DNA of 64,000 bases from Candidatus Sericytochromatia bacterium (GCA_040400605.1 JBBAPZ010000004.1:158353-222352); one strand, 5' to 3'. Shown: positions 37,766 to 48,557, counted from the first letter of the stretch. The notes: generated by a model not told the origin, from the sequence alone. Numbers and translations: made by a program.

Positions 37766-39890
37766 AGCCCATCCTCACCATCCAGGCTCTGCCGCGACCA
37801 GGATAATCAATGCCCCCGAAACCCGGTTGAGCATAGACCGCATCCAGTGCATTGCTCACTTTAAACTGTGCCATGAGCGGCCCCCAAGGCGTTTGCCATT
37901 CACGTCTGGACAACGTTGCGTCGATGAGACCATACCCAGGCAATTCATACGCGACACGTCCATTCGCATAATAATTGGTCTGCGTGGCTGGAATGGCTGT
38001 GACATAGCGCGCTTCCAGATAGGCGTGCAACGACCACAGGCCCAATGGCGCACCGATTCCGAGATTGAGGGTGCCTGTGGGATACGGCTCTCGCAAATTC
38101 AAGACATCCAGACCAATCACCGTGGCCTCCGCGGGGTTGATCACATTCGCTGCGGTCTGAATCGCAGCATTCAACGTTCCGTGCAGGATACCCGCACGCC
38201 ACTTGAGTTCGGATTCAAGGCCAATCGCATCCAACGCATTCTGGTTGACGGCTCGGGCATTGCCCGCTTCTGACACAAAACCGATTCTATCGGTCAAGCG
38301 CATCAAATAGGCATTGCAGATACATTCCAAAAAACGGCTGGGCTGCCAATAAAGCGCTGCCTCAACGGTTTGCGCGCGCTCGGGTTTTAACTGCTGATTG
38401 CCCAACACATCCCCAAAAATGAGCGATCGTGCAAACAACTGCTGTGGCGACGGCGCCATAAAGGACGAACCGTATAGCAGTTTGGCCACCAAACCTTGCG
38501 TCAGCGGGGTCACAAATCCCAAACGAGCGTTCCAAACGGGCCCGTACACGCTGTGATCGTCCAGACGCAAGCCAAGGGTCACATTCTGTTCATCAGTCGG
38601 GTGCCAGATGCCTTGGGTATAAAGGCCCAGGTTATTGAAAACGAGTGCATCACCCGCAGCACCAGCCGGTGTCTCTTCGCCTTGGCGATTCCCGCTGATG
38701 AATTGGTTGAAGTAACTCGGCAGGCGATGGAACGTCCGATTGAAGTCCGAACCAACCGTGATCGCATCGCGCGTGCCAAGTGCCATCGTCAACTCACCCG
38801 TGCCGTCAACCGCGGTGCTTGACATGTCGCGTCGCAACACGATGTCATCACGTCCAATGCCGACGCGATCCCCCGTTACCGGTTGCCCGTGCGACACAAT
38901 GACGCTCACTTGACTGCCCACCGACGGAAAAGGCTGACCACGCCACTGAGCCCGAAGCAGGCGGTTTTCCAGTACATGCCGGCTTTGATTGGTGAAAGGA
39001 CGACTATCTCGAAACTCCGCCACGCTATCCAGTCGCTGAAAGCTGCCGTCAAAAGCAATCTGTCCAAATGGCGTGGTCAATCGCCCCAGACGACCAAAAA
39101 TGCTCGCCGGGCTGGCAACATCATTGCGCGTCACGGCCCCGCTGGCAGCCCACCGCGAACTCAATGGACTGCCAGCGGGGGCTTGTAGTCCGCTTCGCTC
39201 GAATCGTGACAGTGCCGCTGCGACGACCCATTCGGCATCTTGTTCAGGATGGGTTTCACCATAGAGTAAACCCGACTCAAACTGCCCCTGATTCATGAAC
39301 TGACCACCCGTTGCACTCAATTGACCACCGGCAATATCGTCTCCGCGACGCGTGATGATGTTCACAACCCCTAAAAAGGCGTCAGCGCCATACAGCGCTG
39401 AACCTGGGCCGCGCACGACTTCGATGCGTTTGATGAGTTCCATCGGAACCAGCTCAGGGCCCAGAAAATGCGTCGCATCCGGGCGATAGGGTACCGGCAT
39501 GCCATCAATCATTATCTTGACGGAACGGCTCCAGGCCCGCTGGCCCCCAGGTATACCCCTCACACCCACATTGGGCAATACATAATCATCCACCAGGTAA
39601 AACCCTGGCAGCGCACGCAATGCCTCAGCCACCGAAAAGTAGCCGCGCTCACGAATCTCTTGCTCAGTAACCACTGAAACAACCGCTGGCGCTTCTTCCA
39701 GCGATTGGGAACGCTTGGTGGCCACTTCGACGTTAGTATGCAGCAATGCTTCCAGATCCAGCGCATCGCCCGCCGCCTCCGCCGGTATCGAATCAGCTGC
39801 TTCAGGTTCAGCCTGGACGACTGAACAGTTGATTGCCGTTAATCCAAACGGCAACAGGGCGGATATCAGGACACGTGTGGCAGCTATCAT
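37755..39890 (-). CDS. TonB-dependent receptor
   Basis: LEALL...VATKR...APAVVSV plug domain, IKRIEVVRGPGSALYG, LKPERA, terminal YVF. Start placed at ATG 39890 (ORF extends to 39989). Confidence 0.92.
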   Translation of the reverse strand: MIAATRVLISALLPFGLTAINCSVVQAEPEAADSIPAEAAGDALDLEALLHTNVEVATKRSQSLEEAPAVVSVVTEQEIRERGYFSVAEALRALPGFYLVDDYVLPNVGVRGIPGGQRAWSRSVKIMIDGMPVPYRPDATHFLGPELVPMELIKRIEVVRGPGSALYGADAFLGVVNIITRRGDDIAGGQLSATGGQFMNQGQFESGLLYGETHPEQDAEWVVAAALSRFERSGLQAPAGSPLSSRWAASGAVTRNDVASPASIFGRLGRLTTPFGQIAFDGSFQRLDSVAEFRDSRPFTNQSRHVLENRLLRAQWRGQPFPSVGSQVSVIVSHGQPVTGDRVGIGRDDIVLRRDMSSTAVDGTGELTMALGTRDAITVGSDFNRTFHRLPSYFNQFISGNRQGEETPAGAAGDALVFNNLGLYTQGIWHPTDEQNVTLGLRLDDHSVYGPVWNARLGFVTPLTQGLVAKLLYGSSFMAPSPQQLFARSLIFGDVLGNQQLKPERAQTVEAALYWQPSRFLECICNAYLMRLTDRIGFVSEAGNARAVNQNALDAIGLESELKWRAGILHGTLNAAIQTAANVINPAEATVIGLDVLNLREPYPTGTLNLGIGAPLGLWSLHAYLEARYVTAIPATQTNYYANGRVAYELPGYGLIDATLSRREWQTPWGPLMAQFKVSNALDAVYAQPGFGGIDYPGRGRAWMVRMGYVF

Positions 39891-39949
39891 GGCAATTGAT
39901 GGCAATATTCCCCGGTCAGGGACACATTTTTCAACAAAAGTGGTCGAAT

Positions 39950-41197
39950 TTAACCCCAACCTTGCCAGGCCCACGCGCTGATCCCCCATAGTTCAACGAG
40001 GATGCCCAAACAGGTTACAAGATAGAGTATTCGAGGCGGCGCCGTGCGTGCCGCATCTGCGATGACAACCATAAACAGTGGCCAGACATCCATAAAATAA
40101 CGGCACCCAAACTGCGTAAAACCGGACCAGTAGTAAAACAGATAGGGCGTAAATGCCAACACTGCTGCGAACATGAGCAAACGATTTTCCCAGGTGCGAA
40201 AAGACGCCCAAAACAAAAGCCATAACCCGGGGTACGACAGCCAGAGTGGTGGACCGTTTAAACTGGGGTCCAACCAACGGATCGCCCAACGTGAAGCACC
40301 ATCGGTTGCTCCGGGTGGCCAATGCCAAGTGACTGGCTTGGGCCAATGCCAAAAATAGTCACGGAGACGATCACCCAGATACGAGGGGCTGAAAATACCA
40401 TAAGGCGGATGGTCCTTCGCGATGAAACGGGCGTACCCATTGTCGAACCAATCATCAAAACGGAGGTAATTGTAAAGCCCATTGATGCCCATTACCCCGC
40501 CCGTCACCAAGCCGAAATCAAACAAGCGCCGCAGGCGATCGGGCCACACGCGATCGGGCGCGCCATCGGGTGCGGCACGCCACAACCAGTACAGAAAAAT
40601 TGGCATCGTTAGCACGCTCAACTGACGGGAAGAAATCGCAAGACCGAGATACAGCGCGACCAAAACACCACGTCGAGCGCCGAGACATTCTCGGATGGCC
40701 AAACTCAGACCTAGAATGGTCACAACGTGCATCAAAAACCAGGTCGTGCCAGGCCGACCGGCAGTGAACCATACCGGGGATCCCAGTGCCCAGAGCACAA
40801 GCAGCCAGACACGGAGTCGGGTGCTCAGTGCCAGGCGCTTCAGGATGCTCCACCAAATGTTCACGGTCAAGGCGCCAAGCGCCGCTGTCACCAAAGCCTG
40901 ATGGACTGATTGCCCCCAAATGGCCACCAACGGCAACATCAACAAGGCAGGCGCAAATCCGTAATTGAGGTAGGCCCGGCCTTCATGCCAGGCCAACTCG
41001 AAGTGTCCTGGTGGATCGACAAGGTGCAGACGACCGTTCAGAAACGCATCAGCCAGGTAAACGTGCGCATTGTAGGGTGTCACCCGCCAGCACCCTGATG
41101 CCGTGTAAATGGCAAAGGCCACCACGAAAAGGGCCAGGTGCACGCTGAAAGACCGCCAGGTTGTGGAGATGGCCCGCTCAGGCATCACACACGTCAC
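39950..41197 (-). CDS. polytopic membrane protein, putative GT-C (lipid-linked sugar) glycosyltransferase
   Basis: About 10 TM segments, LADAFLNGRL, YNYLRFDDWFDNGY, FGCRYFMD. Overlaps the upstream GT2 gene. Confidence 0.6.
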   Translation of the reverse strand: MTCVMPERAISTTWRSFSVHLALFVVAFAIYTASGCWRVTPYNAHVYLADAFLNGRLHLVDPPGHFELAWHEGRAYLNYGFAPALLMLPLVAIWGQSVHQALVTAALGALTVNIWWSILKRLALSTRLRVWLLVLWALGSPVWFTAGRPGTTWFLMHVVTILGLSLAIRECLGARRGVLVALYLGLAISSRQLSVLTMPIFLYWLWRAAPDGAPDRVWPDRLRRLFDFGLVTGGVMGINGLYNYLRFDDWFDNGYARFIAKDHPPYGIFSPSYLGDRLRDYFWHWPKPVTWHWPPGATDGASRWAIRWLDPSLNGPPLWLSYPGLWLLFWASFRTWENRLLMFAAVLAFTPYLFYYWSGFTQFGCRYFMDVWPLFMVVIADAARTAPPRILYLVTCLGILVELWGISAWAWQGWG

Positions 41198-41945
41198 GCT
41201 TCGTGCTCAAAGCCCCGGCAGGCCGCGCCTGCTCGAGACCATCAGGCCGCGGGAGGGGAGTCCGATCGAACCAACGGTAGTAGATCAGCACCCACAAGGC
41301 TTCGACGGCGTCTTTGAAGCCGATTTTTTTGCCTTCGCTGTAGGAACGACCGTGATAGCTGATCGGGACCTCATAAATCCGAAAGCCGGCACGTGCCAAC
41401 TTGACCGTTATCTCAGGCTCAAAGCCGAAACGCCGGGATTCAAGGGGCATCGCCTGAATCACTTCGCGTCGGAACATCTTGTAACAGGTTTCCATGTCAG
41501 TCAGGCTGATGTTGGTGACAATGTTGGACAGCACGGTCAAGACGCCATTACCGATTTGATGCCAATAATTGAGTGCGCGCCTCGGCCAGCCAATGAACCG
41601 CGAACCGTAAACCACATCCGCGATGCCATCCGCGATGGGCTGAATCAGGCGGGGCAAATCGCGCGGGTCGTATTCCAGGTCGGCATCCTGCACCACCACG
41701 ACGTCACCCGTCGCGAGCCGAAAACCTTGCTGCAGCGCGGCTCCTTTGCCTTGATTACGGGGCTGCAAGACAACCGTGTACTGCGTGGGATCAAGGGTCT
41801 GTAAAAAATCGCGCGTTCCGTCGGTTGAACCATCGTCCACCAGAATGAATTCGCAGGCAAAGGGCAAGGCACGAAGCTTATCGAGCACAGTCGCCAAGGT
41901 GCGGATTTCATTAAAGATGGGGACGACGATGGATACTTTCATCAT
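41178..41945 (-). CDS. glycosyltransferase family 2 (polyprenol-phosphate glycosyltransferase, DPM1-like)
   Basis: VPIFNE, VDDGSTDGT, NQGKGAA, QDADLEYDP, DMETCYK, FGFEPE, GKKI. Confidence 0.95.
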   Translation of the reverse strand: MMKVSIVVPIFNEIRTLATVLDKLRALPFACEFILVDDGSTDGTRDFLQTLDPTQYTVVLQPRNQGKGAALQQGFRLATGDVVVVQDADLEYDPRDLPRLIQPIADGIADVVYGSRFIGWPRRALNYWHQIGNGVLTVLSNIVTNISLTDMETCYKMFRREVIQAMPLESRRFGFEPEITVKLARAGFRIYEVPISYHGRSYSEGKKIGFKDAVEALWVLIYYRWFDRTPLPRPDGLEQARPAGALSTKRDVCDA

Positions 41946-42091
41946 GCGGCAGCAAATCCGTCTCGGTCATTGGTGTGTTTACAGTTAATGCAAAGGGGCT
42001 TGAAGCGGGTTGACTCGCGTGTCAGAATGGCTCAGTCTAACTGATTCTCGCTGATTTGTAACGTATGGCCCAATCGGGCGTGTGAGGCTGA

Positions 42092-43276
42092 ATGCTCAAG
42101 ACTGCAGAAGATGAGACTTTGTCACGGGACCTCGTCGCGTGGCGACGGCATTTTCATCGTCATCCGGAGTTGGGCTTCAAGGAACATGACACGGCGCGTT
42201 TCATTCTGGACACCTTGGCTGTGATCGGGGGTCTCGAAGTCACATATCCTGTCGCGGAAACCGGGATTGTCGCGCTTTTGCGTGGTGCCAAGCCGGGACC
42301 CACCTTGTTGGTGCGAGCGGACATGGATGCATTGCCCATCCACGAACTGAATGATGTGTCTTATCGTTCAACGCGGGATGGCGTGATGCACGCGTGTGGT
42401 CACGATGCTCATATGGCCATGCAGCTAGGGGCGATTCAGCAGTTGGTTGCGCGGCGCGCTGAGCTTGCGGGGCAGGTCAAGTTTGTTTTTCAACCTGCCG
42501 AGGAGGGGCCCGGTGGTGCGAAACCGATGATCGATGCGGGTGTCATGTTGAATCCGACGGTGGACGCGGCCATCGGGTTTCATATTTGGACGCCGTTACC
42601 TGTGGGAACGATCGGAATCACGGAGGGGCCGTGTATGGCGCACACGGACGAGTTTGAAATTAACATACAGGGCAAGGGTGGGCACGGGGCGGCGCCGCAT
42701 TTGTCCGTTGATTCCGTGGTGGTGGCGGCACACGTCGTTACGGCTTTGCAGTCGGTGGTGGCGCGCAACGTGGATCCGGTTGAGCGTGCTGTTGTGACGG
42801 TTGGCAAGGTTGAGGCGGGCGATCGCCACAACATCATCGCGCACAGTGCGCGAATGACAGGCACTGCGCGCTCGTTTGCCCCTGCGATTGCCGACTTGTT
42901 GCCGCAGCGCGTGGGGGCGATCGCCCACCACGTCTGCGAGGCCTTCGGCGCCCGCTGCCACCTCGATTACCGCAATGTCTATCCCGCCACGGTGAATGAT
43001 CCCGACATGTGCCGCCGGGTCTGGGCCTCCGCCGAAAAAGTCGTCGGCCCAAACAAAGTCGTTGCGGCGCCTGCCAGCATGGGTGGTGAAGACATGAGTT
43101 TTTTCCTGCAGGCGGTGCCGGGCTGCTACTTTTTTATCGGCGCAGCCAACCCGGAGAAAGGGGCCAACATGCCCCACCACCACCCGCAGTTCGCCATTGA
43201 TGAGGATGCGCTCGGCGTAGGCTGCGCGGTTATCACGCAGGCTGTCATTGATTTTTTGGCGAGCCCCGCACCATAA
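42092..43276 (+). CDS. M20D amidohydrolase
   Basis: HRHPELGF, RADMDAL, MHACGHD, FQPAEE, GGEDMS, HHP. Confidence 0.95.
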   Translation: MLKTAEDETLSRDLVAWRRHFHRHPELGFKEHDTARFILDTLAVIGGLEVTYPVAETGIVALLRGAKPGPTLLVRADMDALPIHELNDVSYRSTRDGVMHACGHDAHMAMQLGAIQQLVARRAELAGQVKFVFQPAEEGPGGAKPMIDAGVMLNPTVDAAIGFHIWTPLPVGTIGITEGPCMAHTDEFEINIQGKGGHGAAPHLSVDSVVVAAHVVTALQSVVARNVDPVERAVVTVGKVEAGDRHNIIAHSARMTGTARSFAPAIADLLPQRVGAIAHHVCEAFGARCHLDYRNVYPATVNDPDMCRRVWASAEKVVGPNKVVAAPASMGGEDMSFFLQAVPGCYFFIGAANPEKGANMPHHHPQFAIDEDALGVGCAVITQAVIDFLASPAP

Positions 43277-43458
43277 GCGGTCCATCCATCAAGTTCGCTG
43301 ATTGTTCGTTACACGTTTATTTTTAAGGTGTGGGCTATCTCGTTGAAAAGCGATTTTGCTGCCCTTGTGTTTTAGTCTGGTGGTTGCTGCCTGATCGGTG
43401 AAATTAATGGTGCGATAAGCGGCCTTCCGGTTAAAAAATTGACTTTCCGGTTCAGTTG

Positions 43459-44718
43459 TTATTGCCTGGTGGCCCAAGCGCTTTCGATGACCCAGCGTTG
43501 GGTTGTGAGTGCCTCTGCGCCCATCGGGCCCCAGGCATGCAGGCGACAGGTGCTGATGCCGATTTCGGCGCCGAGTCCGAGTTCGCCGCCGTCATTGAAG
43601 CGGGTACTGGTGTTCCACATGACGGCTGATGCCTGCACGTGGCGCTGGAAACGGCGTGCCGCGGTTTCATCCCGGGTGAGGATGGCTTCGGTGTGTCCGG
43701 AGCCCCATTGCTGGATGTAGGCGATCGCCTCGTCCACGCCGGTAACCAGCTGCATTGTGAGGTCCAGACTGAGCCATTCGTGCCCTTTGAAGGCATCCCC
43801 ATCCGGCTTGATGCGGGTATCAAGGGCGGAAAGTTCGGGTGAGCCATGGACAGTGACGCCAGCCTCGGTGAGGGCGTCCATCAGGGGGAGGAGAAGTGTG
43901 GGGGCGATCGCCCGGTCGATGAGCACCCCCTCGGTGGCGTTACACACACCCGGGCGCTGGGCCTTGGCGTTAAGAATGACGGAAATGGCCCGTGGCACGT
44001 CACAATCGGTGTGCACGTAGGTGTGGCAGACGCCTTGCGCGTGCGCGAGCACAGGGACGCGGGCCGCTGCCTGTACGGCATGAATCAGAGCCTCGCCGCC
44101 GCGGGGGATGAGCAGGTCGACCACGCCGACGGCACCCAGCATGGATTGAAACCACTGCCGCTCGGGGTCGTCGACGACCAGCACGGCGGATAGGGGTAAC
44201 TGGACGGCTGCGAGCGCGTTTTGGATCAAGGTGCCCAGGACTGCGGCGGTGCGGGCGATTTCCTTGCCCGGACGCAAGACGATGGCGTTGCCTGAAAAGA
44301 TGGCAAGGGCAGCGGCTTCGATGGTGACGTTGGGGCGGGCTTCGTAGATCATGGCGATGAGTCCGAGGGGCGAACGCACCCGATAGACGCGGATACCGGA
44401 GGGTTGCTCCCCGCGGTCCTCAATGGTTGCCAACGGGTCTGGCTGAGCGGCGATTGCCCGTGCGGCGTCGGCCATCTGCTGGATGCGCCCCGCATCAAGG
44501 CGCATCCGATCGTGTCGGGCTGCGTCCAGTCCACTGGCCGTCGCTTGCGCCAAATCGTCCGTGTTGGCTGTCAGGATCGCCGCTGTGGCCGCTTCAAGCT
44601 GTTCGGCCAGTGCCATAAGAAAGACCACGCGTACCGCACCGTCTGTCGCTGCCAGCGTCAGGCTGGCCTGTCGCGCGCGCTGCAGGCATTCCAGGTGGGC
44701 GCTTGTTACCGTGCTCAT
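43459..44718 (-). CDS. proA: gamma-glutamyl phosphate reductase (glutamate-5-semialdehyde dehydrogenase)
   Basis: YEARPNVT, IPRGG, GVCH, CNATE, SGHTEAI, NTSTRFNDG, EIGIST. ATG 44718 overlaps the upstream TGA. Confidence 0.95.
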   Translation of the reverse strand: MSTVTSAHLECLQRARQASLTLAATDGAVRVVFLMALAEQLEAATAAILTANTDDLAQATASGLDAARHDRMRLDAGRIQQMADAARAIAAQPDPLATIEDRGEQPSGIRVYRVRSPLGLIAMIYEARPNVTIEAAALAIFSGNAIVLRPGKEIARTAAVLGTLIQNALAAVQLPLSAVLVVDDPERQWFQSMLGAVGVVDLLIPRGGEALIHAVQAAARVPVLAHAQGVCHTYVHTDCDVPRAISVILNAKAQRPGVCNATEGVLIDRAIAPTLLLPLMDALTEAGVTVHGSPELSALDTRIKPDGDAFKGHEWLSLDLTMQLVTGVDEAIAYIQQWGSGHTEAILTRDETAARRFQRHVQASAVMWNTSTRFNDGGELGLGAEIGISTCRLHAWGPMGAEALTTQRWVIESAWATRQ

Positions 44719-47084
44719 CACTCGTGCCTCCTGTCGGATGGGATATCCTCGCCCCGTAGCCGCTGCCAAGCCGATCCGGCCGCACGCCACAGTCCTTGGG
44801 CCAGTGCACCGAGATCCACCTTATCGACGTTGGTGCGCACTTTGCTCAACAACTCTTGCCTGAGTGGTTGTCCACTGTCAGACAAAATGAATCCAACGGC
44901 AGGGAAGGCCAAGTCAAACACATTTAACTGCTTTTCTACCACCAGGTGACGCAGGGTGCGCCAGACGACTTCCACACGGCCATTTGCATTCGTTTGGTCC
45001 GCCTGCAGCCATATCACGAGCAAGCGCTGCCAACTTTGAGCTTCGGGGCGGGTGGCCAGGGTAAAAACCGTTTCAATCAACGGTGACAGGTTAAGGTGCG
45101 GGTGCGTGGCCGCCAAAGACAGCACCGTTGCAAAGTGCCCACTGAGCAGAGCGGAGCGGGCCAACAGGCGATCGCCCACCTTGAAAAACCATTCCGCACC
45201 AGCCGGGGTCTCCAAGAAATCGACAAACCACTCAAGGGCTGGTTGCCAGCGCAAATCCGGATGACCAAGTGCGATACCAAGTAAACGCGCCACGTCAGCC
45301 AACCCCGCATCACTGAGTTCACGACCCTCAAGCAACGCCCAAACGGCGCTTGGCGCGGCGCCTGGCGATCGTCGGCCCAAACGCGCCAGCAACCGAGATG
45401 TGTAATCAACGCCATCCGCGTGCGCGGCAAAGCGCAAAAACGGCAAAAACAGATCATCGAGTGTCCAGTTGGGATCCGCTTCCGCCAGCGCAATGTAGCG
45501 CGCGACCACCTCGGCATCCATGGCCACGCCACCGCCCCCGTCGAGACACACGAGCAAGCCCTCGCGAATCCGTTTTGCATCTGGTGATCCCAAGTACTGC
45601 AAAACGGCTTGCGCGACTTCACCGAAGCGAAATGAAGGTTCCCGCGTAGCCGCTCCAAACAGGCGCTGCAGACGTTCCGGTTTGAAACGCTCACCATCGA
45701 AAAGCTCATCGACGAGCTTGTCGCGAATTCGAGCTTTGGCATCGGTCAGCAGGATCTTCGCGGCGTAGGGCGCGGCAACCTCCAAAAATCGAAAATCAGG
45801 CCACAACTGATGGATGATGCCCTCCAACGTGATGATGGTGCGCAAGATGAACGCGATTTTTTCCGGGATGCGAAAGGGATATTCATACAACACCTCCGAT
45901 ACGGCGGTGAAAATTTCGCGCATGCTCATCCGTTGTCCGGTTTCACCGTATTGCGCTTCAAAAATGCGCTTGGCAACAGGGATCAAACGTTGCCGATCCA
46001 CGCGCGGGGACAGAAACTCAAGCGCGATGAAGTCATCCACCAAGGCTGCGTAATTGCGATGAACGGAATGTAAAAAGATGTCAACAATCTTTTCCTGCAT
46101 CCAGTCACTGAGCTCGCCAACCATCCCAAAGTCGATGTAGACCAAGGTGCCGTCACGCTCGACGAACAGATTGCCCGGATGAACATCCGCGTGAAAAAAA
46201 CCGTCCTCCAACAATTGTTTGATGGTTGCGCGTACCCCCACCCGCACCACATCCTGAAATGAAACGCCTGCTCCTTCGAGTGCGACCAAATCAGTGACCT
46301 TGAACCCATCCACGAAATCCATCGTCATCACCCGAGGCGTCGTCAAGGGCCAATGCACGCGCGGTGTGCGTACACCCGCAAAGGAAGCGAAAGCCTCAGC
46401 AAACCGCTCGGCGTGTTGCCCTTCAGCCGTGTAATCACACTGTTCCAGAAAGCTCGCGGCGAACTCGTCGATGATCGCGCCATATGGCATATGTCGCCCG
46501 CTCCAAGGCAAGCGTTCAATGAACCGCGCGACGCGGCGCATGATGGCCAAATCTAGCGCAACAACTGCCATGAGGCCCGGGCGTTGGACCTTGACCACGA
46601 CATCGGTACCGTCAGCCAGACGTGCCTTGTACACTTGTCCGATGCTGGCGGCAGCCAATGGGTAAGGATTGAACACCGCAAATACGTCGCTGATTGGTCG
46701 GCCCAGTTCCGTCTCAATAATCCTGTAGGCCACATCCGAATCAAAGGGCGGCACGCGATCCTGCAAGGAGGCCATCTCCTGCACATAAGGCAACGGCACG
46801 AGGTCGGGGCGGGTCGACAGCATCTGTCCAATTTTGACGAAAGTCGACCCCAACTCGATAAACCGCTCCTTCAGCCAGGAGGCGCGCCGCCGTTGGCGGC
46901 TTGCGCGACGTTCGCCCGCGTAGCGAGCATCCACCCAGAAACCGATGGCAAAACGGGTAAATATCCACACGAAACTTGCGGCGCGGCGGTAGCCGTTCAG
47001 GCCGCCAACTTGCGTGCGTGGTGCAAGGGCAAACGCTGCATCGATTGACGCGGTTGAGACAGAGGCGTTAGGTTTGCTTGACAC
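44718..47084 (-). CDS. ABC1/UbiB/AarF atypical kinase with long C-terminal extension
   Basis: LGSTFVKIGQMLSTRPD, AAASIGQVY, VKVQRP, FFHADVHPGN, IDFGMV, YEYPFRIP. Confidence 0.93.
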   Translation of the reverse strand: MSSKPNASVSTASIDAAFALAPRTQVGGLNGYRRAASFVWIFTRFAIGFWVDARYAGERRASRQRRRASWLKERFIELGSTFVKIGQMLSTRPDLVPLPYVQEMASLQDRVPPFDSDVAYRIIETELGRPISDVFAVFNPYPLAAASIGQVYKARLADGTDVVVKVQRPGLMAVVALDLAIMRRVARFIERLPWSGRHMPYGAIIDEFAASFLEQCDYTAEGQHAERFAEAFASFAGVRTPRVHWPLTTPRVMTMDFVDGFKVTDLVALEGAGVSFQDVVRVGVRATIKQLLEDGFFHADVHPGNLFVERDGTLVYIDFGMVGELSDWMQEKIVDIFLHSVHRNYAALVDDFIALEFLSPRVDRQRLIPVAKRIFEAQYGETGQRMSMREIFTAVSEVLYEYPFRIPEKIAFILRTIITLEGIIHQLWPDFRFLEVAAPYAAKILLTDAKARIRDKLVDELFDGERFKPERLQRLFGAATREPSFRFGEVAQAVLQYLGSPDAKRIREGLLVCLDGGGGVAMDAEVVARYIALAEADPNWTLDDLFLPFLRFAAHADGVDYTSRLLARLGRRSPGAAPSAVWALLEGRELSDAGLADVARLLGIALGHPDLRWQPALEWFVDFLETPAGAEWFFKVGDRLLARSALLSGHFATVLSLAATHPHLNLSPLIETVFTLATRPEAQSWQRLLVIWLQADQTNANGRVEVVWRTLRHLVVEKQLNVFDLAFPAVGFILSDSGQPLRQELLSKVRTNVDKVDLGALAQGLWRAAGSAWQRLRGEDIPSDRRHE

Positions 47085-47231
47085 TGCCCAATCATGGTCG
47101 ATTGAGCGGCGAAAGTCCAGTTGAAACCAGTCGAGCGTTTAATGCGTCGTACGATGCAAGCCATTGTGCACTCGCCAGTTTTAGCCCGCGTACGCTATAC
47201 TCGCCGTAGAAGGGTTGTCACGGTAACAGCG

Positions 47232-48557
47232 ATGATGGCAAGTAATTTTCGCAGGCGGGCGATCGTGTTCCTGGGTTCGCTAAAACTGGCGATAGCCCTT
47301 CTTTTGCTGATTGCAGCCGCATCCATCATCGGTACGCTGATTCCACAGGACCAAGGGCCCAGTGTTCTCGAAACCGCGAGTTTTCATCCGCGCCTGATCC
47401 AGTTCCTTCTCGCGATTAAGGCCTACGACGTGTACCACGCGGCGTGGTTCGTAGCCCTTCTCACAGCCCTCTTCGTCAACCTTGCCGTCTGCACTTGGCT
47501 GCGATTTCCACCGACTTGGCGCCGATATGGTTTGCAGTGGGTGGCACGCCCCAAGTCAACGGCCGAACAGGACCTTCTTCCCCTGCTTGGCGCACCCAAT
47601 GCCGTGCGGCTCGATATCTTGCGCAAGCGTGGTTTCCGTGTCAGCGAATACGCACCCCAGCAATATTTTGTTGAGAAAAACAAGTTTGTGCGCCTGGGTC
47701 CCACCTTGATTCACATCAGCCTTTTTGCCATCATGGCGGGCGCCATCTGGGGCGGTCTCAGCGGCGTCAACGCCAGCATCCCCATACAGGTGGGTGAATC
47801 CGTTCGAGCTGAAGATATCGTGCGGACCGCCCGGATTCGTGGTCCGCTCAGTCAACCTTTCGCGCCGTTTGAGCTCAAGCTGGATGCGTTTCGGATCGAC
47901 TTCCGACCAACGGGACAAGTCAAACAATACTACTCACGTGTGATGCTGACTGCGCCCGATGCGCAAACCCAGACGCGTCAAGTGTGGGTGAACGAACCGC
48001 TCATTTACCGGGGAGTTTATTTTTACCAGGCGTTTTGGGGAGTGGCAGCGTTAAGTTTGACGCGCAATGGGCAAACCGAGCGTCTGTCGATGACGCCAGC
48101 GAAGACGGGCGCGTATATGTCCTCGCCGTTCCTGGTGGGCGGCCAGGAGTTTTTGATCTTTTTACGCAGTTTGGAAGAGCCTGCTTTGCTGGTGTCCACC
48201 AAAAATTTCGAGGCCGTGGGGCAGTTGGTTCCCGGCATTGAGACATCCTTGGGTTCGGATCGGTTTGGGATTGACAGTTATCACCTCTATTCAGGATTTC
48301 AGGTCAAGCACGATCCTGGAATTCCCCTGGTTTATTTTGGGTGTGGTTTATTGGTGATGGGATTGTTGATGGTGCCGTTTCGTCATCGGGAATTGTGGAT
48401 CACCCAAGACGGTGACCATTGGGTGTTAATGGGACGAAGCCACAAAGGGCGTGTGATTCTCAAACGGGAAATGGCTCAACTCGCGCAGGTATGGAATGAT
48501 CACTGCATTCGCGGGGATGGTGGAGGCTTGAATGGTCGTGAATTGGCCGGAACTTGA
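47232..48557 (+). CDS. ccs1: cytochrome c biogenesis system II protein Ccs1/ResB
   Basis: LKLAIALL...IGTLIPQ, LAVC, GPTLIH, QYYS, VNEPL, YQA, DPGIPLVYFG. Start placed at ATG 47232. Confidence 0.92.
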   Translation: MMASNFRRRAIVFLGSLKLAIALLLLIAAASIIGTLIPQDQGPSVLETASFHPRLIQFLLAIKAYDVYHAAWFVALLTALFVNLAVCTWLRFPPTWRRYGLQWVARPKSTAEQDLLPLLGAPNAVRLDILRKRGFRVSEYAPQQYFVEKNKFVRLGPTLIHISLFAIMAGAIWGGLSGVNASIPIQVGESVRAEDIVRTARIRGPLSQPFAPFELKLDAFRIDFRPTGQVKQYYSRVMLTAPDAQTQTRQVWVNEPLIYRGVYFYQAFWGVAALSLTRNGQTERLSMTPAKTGAYMSSPFLVGGQEFLIFLRSLEEPALLVSTKNFEAVGQLVPGIETSLGSDRFGIDSYHLYSGFQVKHDPGIPLVYFGCGLLVMGLLMVPFRHRELWITQDGDHWVLMGRSHKGRVILKREMAQLAQVWNDHCIRGDGGGLNGRELAGT

